Position numbers and translations under genes: made by a program
In this document: positions 47,708-56,085 of the stretch, piece by piece
How the letters are laid out: every line of letters begins with the position of its first letter
Numbering within the stretch: the first letter of the stretch is position 1
Notes under the pieces: model-generated
Seen by the model: the letters and a program-made list of their open reading frames with translations, nothing else
Database searches by the model: none
Told to the model about the DNA's origin: nothing
DNA from: an uncultured Clostridia bacterium
GTDB taxonomy: Bacteria > Bacillota > Clostridia > TANB77 > CAG-508
Direction of reading: 5' to 3'
NCBI GenBank assembly: GCA_934169725.1
Contig: CAKPOF010000004.1
Location: 72,245 to 136,244 of the forward strand
Length of the DNA stretch: 64,000 bases

Positions 47708-48865
47708 ATGAACGTAGAAAAGAAACATAATTGGCAAAGATGGATGTATTGGTTTGGATTGGGATTATCATTGATATTAATATCTAAAATATTAGATAAT
47801 TATCAAAATGTTATGGAAGTATTAAAAACATTCTTTAATGTAATTAGTCCATTTTTAATAGGAATATTTATTGCATATTTGTTATATATGCCATCAAGAA
47901 AATTTGAAAAACTGTATGGAAAATCAAAAATAAAATTTATAGCAAAAAAATCACGAATATTGGGAGTATTTACAGTATATATAATAGCAATATTATTGAT
48001 ATGTGTATTGTTTGCTGTAATAGTACCAATAGTATTTGAAAGTATTACAGACTTTATATCAGGAGTACCACATTATTATGAACAAATAATAAATACATAT
48101 AATAATTTACCAGAAGATTCAATACTAAAAAGTCAAGCCGTACAGGAAGAAATAAATAATATTCAAAACATAAATATAAAACAATATTTAAATATGGAAA
48201 TGATTTTAGAATATGTGATGAATGCAATAAGTGCAATATTTAGCGTTGTAGATTCATTTATAGCAATTATAGTATCAATATATATATTATTAGATAGAAA
48301 ACAAATATTAGGATTTTTTAAAAGATTTGCAGGAGCTATATTTAAAGAACGAACATATAAAAATATAGACAAATATTTTAATAATTCAAATGAAATATTT
48401 TTTAAATTTATAGCTAGTCAATTTTTAGATGCGATAGTTGTAGGAATACTAGTGTCAATAGCATTAAGTATAATGGGAATTAAATATGCACCATTGCTAG
48501 GAGCTTTTATAGGATTATTTAATATGATTCCATATGTTGGAGCAATTATTGCAGTTGTAATATCTGTATTAATAACAATTTTGACAGGAGGACTAACACA
48601 AGCTTTTTGGATGTTATTTGTTGTAATTATATTACAACAAATAGATGCTAATATAATAAACCCTAAAATTGTTGGTAAATCATTAGAAATAAGCCCATTG
48701 TTGGTATTATTTGCAGTTACTTTTGGTGGAGCATATTTTGGAATACTAGGTATGTTCTTAGCTGTTCCTGTAATAGCAGTTATAAAAATTTTAATAGATG
48801 ATTATATAAAATACAAAGAAATATTAAAATTGAAAAATAAAAAGAATGAAATAGAAATAAATTAA
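47708..48865 (+). CDS. AI-2E (PerM/YtvI-like) family transporter
   Basis: 385 aa, polytopic, with the conserved C-terminal block NPKIVGKSLEISPLLVLFAV..GILGMFLAVPV. Confidence 0.85.
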   Translation: MNVEKKHNWQRWMYWFGLGLSLILISKILDNYQNVMEVLKTFFNVISPFLIGIFIAYLLYMPSRKFEKLYGKSKIKFIAKKSRILGVFTVYIIAILLICVLFAVIVPIVFESITDFISGVPHYYEQIINTYNNLPEDSILKSQAVQEEINNIQNINIKQYLNMEMILEYVMNAISAIFSVVDSFIAIIVSIYILLDRKQILGFFKRFAGAIFKERTYKNIDKYFNNSNEIFFKFIASQFLDAIVVGILVSIALSIMGIKYAPLLGAFIGLFNMIPYVGAIIAVVISVLITILTGGLTQAFWMLFVVIILQQIDANIINPKIVGKSLEISPLLVLFAVTFGGAYFGILGMFLAVPVIAVIKILIDDYIKYKEILKLKNKKNEIEIN

Positions 48866-48920
48866 ATATAAATAAAAAGTAAATTCCAATACTGTTAGTT
48901 AACTTTGTAAATATAAATTT

Positions 48921-49047
48921 AATATTTATTATTTTCTCAGTACTTTGGTGTCGCAATCTATTAATAAAATTAATAGAAGATTGCTCCAAATCGCACTTAC
49001 TAACGTTCGTTTGATCGCTTACGCAGTACTTCAAAATAATAAATATT
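48921..49047 (+). repeat. Full-length copy B of the structured intergenic repeat family
   Basis: Perfect 15-bp terminal arms AATATTTATTATTTT / AAAATAATAAATATT enclose the core ..CAGTACTTTGGTGTCGCAATCT[hairpin]AGATTGCTCCAAATCGCACTTACTAACGTTCGTTTGATCGCTTACGCAGTACTTC. It lies between convergent genes. Confidence 0.85.
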
Positions 49048-49094
49048 AATTTACATATATTGTAGTTATATACTGGAATCTACTTTTTTTATTA

Positions 49095-49592
49095 TTATTT
49101 TTGTAACAAATATTGTATACCACCATTAGCAATTGCTGTTAAAGCAAGTACGATTATACCAGCAGTAAGAACACCAACAATTATAGGTGGAATTGCTTTT
49201 TTAGGTGGTAAATCTAAAAAGTTTGCAATTAAAGAACCAACCCAAGCTCCTGTACCAGGAAGTGGAATTGCCACAAATAAAAATAAGCCAAGAGCAGCAA
49301 AATTTTGAAGTTTTTCACTTTCTTCTATTTTTTTAGTAGCTCTTTCAGAAGCCCAGTCAATAACTATTTTGAAAGGTTTCCATCTACCGAAAAAATCGAA
49401 TAAAGGTCTGATATATTTAACAATGAAATATACAGGGATAATATTTCCTATAAAACTACATAAAAAAGATTCAATATAGTTTAAATGGAAAGTAAAAACT
49501 CCTATAGGAATAGCACCTCTTAATTCAATTATAGGTATCATACCAACTAAAGCAGTTAATATATATTTTATTATCAATGGTAAACTACTCAT
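49095..49592 (-). CDS. Small multidrug-export-family membrane protein (COG2426-like)
   Basis: 165 aa with four TM segments and the N-terminal IIELRGAIPIG motif typical of the family. RBS GAGGAGGA. Confidence 0.8.
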   Translation of the reverse strand: MSSLPLIIKYILTALVGMIPIIELRGAIPIGVFTFHLNYIESFLCSFIGNIIPVYFIVKYIRPLFDFFGRWKPFKIVIDWASERATKKIEESEKLQNFAALGLFLFVAIPLPGTGAWVGSLIANFLDLPPKKAIPPIIVGVLTAGIIVLALTAIANGGIQYLLQK

Positions 49593-49876
49593 AAATCCTC
49601 CTCAAATTTTAAAAATTTCTAATGTATTGTACTACATAATAAAAAAAATGTCTATAATTGAAGAAGTATTATTTAATTAATGTAAATTTTGATTTTAAAA
49701 GCACATAATATTTTATATAATGTTATGTATTTTATAAATAAATTCCTAGAGTTAACTACTCTAGGACAACTTTTCTAATTAAAAGTATAACAATAAAAAT
49801 ATGTAATATCAAGAGTTTTATTGAAAAATAATATAGGGTTATAGAAATTTTCTCTAAAAATAAATAATTATGTTTT

Positions 49877-50014
49877 AAATTCAATAAATATTATTTTTCA
49901 TACCTTGGTGTCGCAATCTATTAATTAAAAATTAATAGTAGATTGCTCCAATCGCACTCACTAGCGTTCGTTTGATCGCTTACGCGGTATTTCAAAATAA
50001 TATTTATTGAATTT
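49877..50014 (+). repeat. Full-length copy C of the structured intergenic repeat family
   Basis: Perfect 21-bp arms AAATTCAATAAATATTATTTT (49877-49897) / AAAATAATATTTATTGAATTT (49994-50014) enclose the core CATACCTTGGTGTCGCAATCT..AGATTGCTCCAATCGCACTCACTAGCGTTCGTTTGATCGCTTACGCGGTATTTC. Confidence 0.85.
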
Positions 50015-50205
50015 TTATAATTTAGTTTTATATAAAAAAATTCCTAGAGTAGTTAACTAAAAGAAAAAACATAGAAATAAAATACTACAATATATTGACT
50101 TAATACTTGTAAAAATATAAAATACAAGTATAGAAATAAATTAGTTGCAAATACTAATACTAGGATAATGAATTATCAAATAGAAAGAATTGGAGGGAAC
50201 AAAAG

Positions 50206-51552
50206 ATGGCAAAAAAGAAAAGTAGCAAAACGAAAGAAAAACTGAAAGGAAGGAATGGTATAACATTAATTGCACTAGTTATAACCATCATAGTACTTTT
50301 GATACTAGCAGGAGTAACGATAGCAAGCATAACAGGAGAAAATGGAATATTAAGTAAAGCAACAAATGCAAGAGATAATAATGCCAAAGTATCAGCAGAG
50401 GAAAGAGTAAAAACAGAAGTATTAGGAAGCTATGGAAGTGATGGAAAATTAAGCTTAGATGACTTAAATAATAATTTAAAAAACGTAGACGGTTTGAAAT
50501 ATAACGAAAAGAAAATATCAGCTGACAATAAAATAGAAAGTTTGCCAGCAACAGTAAATGTGGATGGATATGATGTAGTAATAACTGAGCAAGGAAATGT
50601 AGAAAAACCAAAAAAATTAGAAGATGCAAAAACTGATGATATGTTAACAAAAACCAATGATACACCAATAACAGTTGATAATAAAACAGTAAAAATCCCA
50701 GCAGGATTTAAAGTAGCAGATGATAGTGGGACAACAATAGATGAAGGAATAGTAATAGAAGATGGTGAAAGGAATCAATTTGTATGGGTACCAGTAAGTA
50801 AAGAAAATTTTGCAACAGAATTTGTGAGAAGAGATAATGGAAGTTTACAATCATGGGGTTCTTACTGTGGAGAAGCAAATGCTAAAGGTGAAAATGAAAA
50901 AGTTACTGAAACAGAAACAACCAAAAAAGAAGCTATAAAAATGTATGCAAGTGTAGAAAGAAATGAAGGGTTTTATATAGCAAGATATGAGGCTGGAAAA
51001 GAAGGAGAAAATGTTGTTTCAAAAAAAGGAGCAGATGTATATAATTATATACCATGGTCTGCAAATGGAGATAATATACAAGAAACTACAGGAACAACTG
51101 GAGGAGCAGTAGAACTATCAAGAAATTTTGCAAATGTAAAGAATTACAAAACAGTAACAAGTACATTAATATATGGAGTGCAGTGGGATGCTGTAATGAA
51201 ATGGATGGAAAACGTAAGTAATCCAAATGTAGAAGGAAAAACATATATACAAGATAGTACAGGAATGGGATGGTATAGTGACAATTATAATTCAGGAAAT
51301 TCCGATTATAAAACTGGTATAGATATAGGAGAAGAGAATAAAGGTTCAAATCAAGTAAAAAAAATATATGATCTTGCAGGAAATGTATACGAATGGACAA
51401 TGGAATCTTTCAACACCGGCATTCGAGTTACTAGGGGAGGTTTTTACAACAATACAGGCTCTAACTATCCGGCTTCTTATCGTAGCGCCTACTATCCTTC
51501 CTGCAGCTTTTTTTACATTGGTTTTCGCCCCACTTTATTCTTGAATAGCTGA
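50206..51552 (+). CDS. Pilin-like N-terminal anchor fused to a formylglycine-generating-enzyme (FGE-sulfatase/SUMF1) fold domain
   Basis: 448 aa. A basic leader is followed by NGITLIALVITIIVLLILAGVTI, which is prepilin-like but has Ala where Glu5 would be. The C-terminal domain carries GFYIARYEA, IYDLAGNVYEWT, RVTRGG and IGFRP, as in FGE-sulfatase-fold proteins. Confidence 0.8.
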   Translation: MAKKKSSKTKEKLKGRNGITLIALVITIIVLLILAGVTIASITGENGILSKATNARDNNAKVSAEERVKTEVLGSYGSDGKLSLDDLNNNLKNVDGLKYNEKKISADNKIESLPATVNVDGYDVVITEQGNVEKPKKLEDAKTDDMLTKTNDTPITVDNKTVKIPAGFKVADDSGTTIDEGIVIEDGERNQFVWVPVSKENFATEFVRRDNGSLQSWGSYCGEANAKGENEKVTETETTKKEAIKMYASVERNEGFYIARYEAGKEGENVVSKKGADVYNYIPWSANGDNIQETTGTTGGAVELSRNFANVKNYKTVTSTLIYGVQWDAVMKWMENVSNPNVEGKTYIQDSTGMGWYSDNYNSGNSDYKTGIDIGEENKGSNQVKKIYDLAGNVYEWTMESFNTGIRVTRGGFYNNTGSNYPASYRSAYYPSCSFFYIGFRPTLFLNS

Positions 51553-51696
51553 ACGCTAAAGCCGTAAAATAAAAAAAGTAGAAGAAGTAGTTTTATAGGA
51601 GAAAAATATGAAATATAGAAAGGTCTTAACGACTTTAGACGTTAAGATGGAATTTTTAAAAATTTGACAAAATGCATTTATGAATTTTGGGAAATT

Positions 51697-51728
51697 AGCA
51701 TCACATATGTGGTGCTTTTTCTTTTATA
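51697..51728 (+). terminator. Intrinsic terminator downstream of the pilin-like/FGE gene
   Basis: AGCATCACA-TA-TGTGGTGCT (one mismatch) followed by TTTTTCTTTT. Confidence 0.6.
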
Positions 51729-51783
51729 GATAACTAGTAACAAATTTTCACTTTACAAACTACAGAAAATCACCCAAAACTAT

Positions 51784-51812
51784 TGACTTATGGGGCGATT
51801 TTAATGTATAAT
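51784..51812 (+). promoter_or_regulatory. Candidate sigma-A promoter; would give a roughly 400-nt rpoB leader
   Basis: TTGACT (51784-51789), a 17-nt spacer, then TATAAT (51807-51812). Confidence 0.4.
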
Positions 51813-52224
51813 AATAGAAGATTTGAAAAAAGAGATTTTTAACAAACCAAAAAAGTAATAAAAAGGTGATAAAAATAGAAAGAAAAAGTTTTTAAATAAA
51901 TTTAATGTTTTACTTAGAGCCAGTTGAAAAATGAAAATTTTTTGACAGCTCTTTTATTGCCGTTTTAATTTATCTAATGGTTAAGCCAGACAATTTTCAA
52001 ACTAGAATTTATATATTCAAATTTTTTATTCAAAAGTTAAAATTTAAAAAAAGAGGAATTAATTATAAATTATTCTAAATGTTTTTTTGTTGTAAGAGCA
52101 GACAATCAAAAAAAGTTAGAAAAAATTTATTATTTAAGAAGGACTTTTTTTAATTAATATATCCCATCAACACATTCAAAGTTGATATTCATTCTGCTTA
52201 ATATTTTATTATGAGGTGATTTTC

Positions 52225-55200
52225 TTGAAATTAAAAGAAGTTAAGTATGAGAAGGCTTCTCGTAAAGACTTTGCAAAAGTTGGCGATTATATTGAAATGC
52301 CAAATCTTATTAAAGTACAAAAAGATTCCTATGATTGGTTCGTAGAGGAAGGATTAGGTGAAGTATTAAAAGATATTTCTCCAATAGAAGATTATTCAGG
52401 AAACTTAGTACTTGAATTTTTTGATTACTATATGGAAGAAAAAACAAAATACTCAGTAGAAGAAGCAAAAGAGAGAGATGCTACATATTCAACAAGATTA
52501 CATGTAAAGGTTAGACTAATAAATCGTGAAACAGGAGAAATTAAGGAACAAGAGATTTATTTAGGTGATTTTCCATTAATGACAGATAGTGGAACTTTTG
52601 TAATCAATGGAGCAGAAAGAGTTGTAGTAAGTCAGTTAGTTCGTTCACCTGGATGCTACTATGCAGAAGAATTTGATACAAAAACAGGAAAAAGAACATA
52701 TACATCAACAGTAATGCCATTACGTGGTGCATGGTTAGAATATGAAACAGATGGAAATGATGTATTCTGGGTTCGTGTTGATAGAACAAGAAAAGTTCCA
52801 GTAACTACTTTATTAAGAGCATTAGGAATAACAACTGATGATCAAATGAGAGATTTATTTGGTGATGAAGAGCTAATCCAAGCTACAATAAATAAAGATA
52901 CAATTAAAGACCAAGACGAAGCTTTAATTGAAATTTATAAAAAATTAAGACCAGGGGAACTTCCAACAGCAGATGCAGCTAGAAATTTATTTAATGGTTT
53001 ATTCTATGATAATAGAAGATATGATTTAGCTAAAGTTGGTAGATATAAATTTAATCAAAAATTAGCATTAGCTGTTAGAATTAAGGGAAAAGTTTCTGCA
53101 AAAGATATAGTAGATAGTGAAACAGGAGAAGTTTTTGTACAAGCTGGAGAAATAATTTCAGAAGAAGTAGCAGAAAATATTCAAAATGCAGGAATTAATG
53201 CTGTAGATGTTACTGTTGGAGAAAGAGTTGTAAGAATTATAGGAAATGCTACAGTTAATATTCATGAAGTATTGCCAACAGTTGATTTAAGCAAATTACA
53301 TTTTAAAGAATTAGTAAATTATAATGTATTGAAAAATATTATAGATAATACAAGTGAAGAAGATTTAGTAAAAACTATAGAAGAAAGACAAGAAGAGCTA
53401 GTTCCAAAACATATAACAACAGAAGACATGATTGCATCAATAAACTATTTACTAAATTTATCACATGGATTAGGTAAACCAGATGACATAGACCATTTAG
53501 CAAACCGTAGAATTAGATGTGTTGGTGAATTGTTACAAAATCAATTTAGAATTGGTTTAACAAGACTAGAAAGAGTTGTTCGTGAAAGAATGACAATCCA
53601 AGATTTAGATGTTGTTACACCACAAACATTAATAAACACAAAACCAATAACATCAGCAATTAGAGAGTTTTTTGGAAGTTCACAATTGTCACAATTCATG
53701 GATCAAACAAATCCACTTTCAGAATTAACACATAAAAGAAGAATATCAGCATTAGGACCTGGAGGTTTAACTAGAGATAGAGCTGGTTTCGAGGTTCGTG
53801 ATATTCACTATACACATTATGGAAGATTATGCCCAATAGAATCACCAGAAGGACCAAACATTGGACTTATATCAGCATTATCTTCATTTGCTCAAATAAA
53901 TGAATATGGATTTATCGAAACACCATATAGAAAAGTAGACCCAGAAACTCATAAATTAACAGATATAGTAGAATATATGAGTGCAGATGTAGAAGATAAT
54001 TATATAATTGCACAAGCATCAGAACCTATAGATGATGAAGGAAGATTTGAAAATCCACGTGTAAGAGTAAGATTTAAAAATGAAGCTATAGAGGTTGATA
54101 GAAATAATGTACAATATGTTGATGTTTCACCAAAACAATTAGTTTCTATTGCTGCAGCAATGATACCATTCTTAGAGCATGATGATGCAAAAAGAGCGTT
54201 AATGGGAGCCAACATGCAACGTCAAGCAGTTCCATTAATGATAACAGAAAGCCCAATAGTTGGAACTGGTATGGAATACAGAGCTGCAAAAGATTCTGGA
54301 ATATTAATATTAGCAGAAGATGATGGAGTAATTGAAAAAGTAACAGGGGATAATATTACAGTTAAATATAACAATGGAAAGACAGTAGTACATAAATTAC
54401 GTAAGTTTAAAAGAACAAATGGTGGTACTTGTATAAATCAAAAACCAATAGTTAAAAAAGGCGAAATAGTTAAAAAAGGTGATGCTATTGCAGATGGACC
54501 ATCAACACAAAATGGAGAAATGGCATTAGGTAAAAATGTAGTAGTAGCTTTCTCAACATGGGAAGGATATAACTACGAGGATGCTATATTATTAAATGAA
54601 AGATTAGTTAAAGAAGATGTATTTACTTCAATTCATATAGAAGAATATGATTGTGAATGTAGAGATACAAAATTAGGGGCAGAAGAGATAACAAGAGATA
54701 TACCAAATATTGGTGATGATTCATTAAAAGACTTAGATGAAAATGGAATTATTCGTATAGGTGCAGAAGTAAGACCAGGAGATATCTTAGTTGGAAAAGT
54801 TACACCAAAAGGTGAAACAGAATTAACAGCAGAAGAAAGATTATTAAGAGCTATTTTTGGTGAAAAAGCTAGAGAAGTAAGAGATACATCATTAAGAGTA
54901 CCACATGGAGAAGCTGGAACAATAGTAGATGTAAAAATATTTACTAGAGAAAATTCAGATGAATTAGGACCTGGTGTAAATCAAATAATTAGATGTTATA
55001 TAGCAACAAAAAGAAAAATATCAGTTGGAGATAAAATGGCTGGACGTCATGGTAACAAAGGTGTTATATCTAGAGTTTTACCAGAAGAAGATATGCCATT
55101 TATGCCAGATGGTACACCAATAGATATCTTATTAAACCCTCTTGGAGTTCCATCTCGTATGAACTTAGGGCAAGTATTGGAAGTACACTTAGGTGGAGCG

Positions 55201-55962
55201 GCTAAAGCTTTAGGATGGCATGTTTCAACACCAGTTTTTGATGGTGCAACACAAGAAGATGTAGAAGAATTACTAGAAAAAGCAGGTATGACTAAAGATG
55301 GAAAAACAACATTATATGATGGAAGAACAGGAGAACCATTTGCAAGTCCAATTACAGTTGGGGTTATGTATATGTTAAAATTACATCACTTAGTAGATGA
55401 TAAAATCCATGCTCGTTCAACAGGACCATACTCATTAGTAACACAACAACCATTAGGAGGAAAAGCACAATTTGGTGGACAACGTTTTGGAGAAATGGAA
55501 GTTTGGGCTTTAGAGGCATATGGTGCTGCATATACATTACAAGAAATGTTAACAGTAAAATCTGATGATGTAGTAGGAAGAGTAAAAACATATGAAGCAA
55601 TTGTAAAAGGTGAAAATGTACCAGAACCAGGAGTACCAGAAAGCTTTAAGGTATTGGTAAAAGAACTACAATCTTTAGGATTAGATGTCAGACTATATTC
55701 AGATAAAAATGAAGAGTTAGAACTTAAAGAAAATATAGAAGATGGAATAGAATACGATCCTGAAAAAGAGAAAAAATATTTAGCAGAAGAAGAAGTTGTC
55801 GCAGAGGGAGATCTAGCAGACGGATATTCAGAAGGAACAGAAGATGATATTCTTTTAGAAGATGAAAATGAATCATCAGATGATGGAAATGATGAATTAT
55901 TTGAAAGCTTAGATGATGAAGGCGATGAAATGTTAATGGATGATGATAATATTGAAGAATAA
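52225..55962 (+). CDS. rpoB: DNA-directed RNA polymerase beta subunit
   Basis: About 1245 aa. A TTG start at 52225 lies 5 nt after GAGGTGA; the listed GTG at 52216 sits inside the RBS. Conserved blocks include [16 protein letters not shown] and NMQRQAVPL. It has an unusually acidic C-terminal tail. Confidence 0.97.
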   Translation: MKLKEVKYEKASRKDFAKVGDYIEMPNLIKVQKDSYDWFVEEGLGEVLKDISPIEDYSGNLVLEFFDYYMEEKTKYSVEEAKERDATYSTRLHVKVRLINRETGEIKEQEIYLGDFPLMTDSGTFVINGAERVVVSQLVRSPGCYYAEEFDTKTGKRTYTSTVMPLRGAWLEYETDGNDVFWVRVDRTRKVPVTTLLRALGITTDDQMRDLFGDEELIQATINKDTIKDQDEALIEIYKKLRPGELPTADAARNLFNGLFYDNRRYDLAKVGRYKFNQKLALAVRIKGKVSAKDIVDSETGEVFVQAGEIISEEVAENIQNAGINAVDVTVGERVVRIIGNATVNIHEVLPTVDLSKLHFKELVNYNVLKNIIDNTSEEDLVKTIEERQEELVPKHITTEDMIASINYLLNLSHGLGKPDDIDHLANRRIRCVGELLQNQFRIGLTRLERVVRERMTIQDLDVVTPQTLINTKPITSAIREFFGSSQLSQFMDQTNPLSELTHKRRISALGPGGLTRDRAGFEVRDIHYTHYGRLCPIESPEGPNIGLISALSSFAQINEYGFIETPYRKVDPETHKLTDIVEYMSADVEDNYIIAQASEPIDDEGRFENPRVRVRFKNEAIEVDRNNVQYVDVSPKQLVSIAAAMIPFLEHDDAKRALMGANMQRQAVPLMITESPIVGTGMEYRAAKDSGILILAEDDGVIEKVTGDNITVKYNNGKTVVHKLRKFKRTNGGTCINQKPIVKKGEIVKKGDAIADGPSTQNGEMALGKNVVVAFSTWEGYNYEDAILLNERLVKEDVFTSIHIEEYDCECRDTKLGAEEITRDIPNIGDDSLKDLDENGIIRIGAEVRPGDILVGKVTPKGETELTAEERLLRAIFGEKAREVRDTSLRVPHGEAGTIVDVKIFTRENSDELGPGVNQIIRCYIATKRKISVGDKMAGRHGNKGVISRVLPEEDMPFMPDGTPIDILLNPLGVPSRMNLGQVLEVHLGGAAKALGWHVSTPVFDGATQEDVEELLEKAGMTKDGKTTLYDGRTGEPFASPITVGVMYMLKLHHLVDDKIHARSTGPYSLVTQQPLGGKAQFGGQRFGEMEVWALEAYGAAYTLQEMLTVKSDDVVGRVKTYEAIVKGENVPEPGVPESFKVLVKELQSLGLDVRLYSDKNEELELKENIEDGIEYDPEKEKKYLAEEEVVAEGDLADGYSEGTEDDILLEDENESSDDGNDELFESLDDEGDEMLMDDDNIEE

Positions 55963-56085
55963 ATAAAATAATTAAATAAATTTTAAAAAGGATAGAGGCG
56001 ACAGGAAGGAATTGCACCAGCGGTGGCTAGACCTCTTAACCTGTTTTAAAATTACCCAATAAAAAAAGTTCGAGGGGGAAATATA

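Noticed and set aside
48921-49047. Whether the repeat elements are just rho-independent, possibly bidirectional, terminators.
   Set aside because: Read on either strand, the T-tract precedes the G/C-containing closing stem and the A-tract follows it. This is the opposite of a stem followed by a U-run. Two of the three full copies also sit in divergent promoter regions, not at gene ends.
49720-49766. Whether TTATGTA..TTCCTAGAG is a dif/Xer recombination site. It resembles parts of the Bacillus dif arms, TTCCTAGAA and TTATGTAAACT.
   Set aside because: The two arm-like motifs are in the wrong order and about 13 nt apart instead of flanking a 6-nt core. The window is also origin-proximal (gdpP-rplI-dnaB), not at the terminus.
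48921-50014. Whether the repeat copies form a CRISPR array.
   Set aside because: Only two copies lie here, about 950 bp apart, with a gene between them. The units are over 100 nt and internally structured. There is no regular repeat-spacer periodicity and there are no cas genes.
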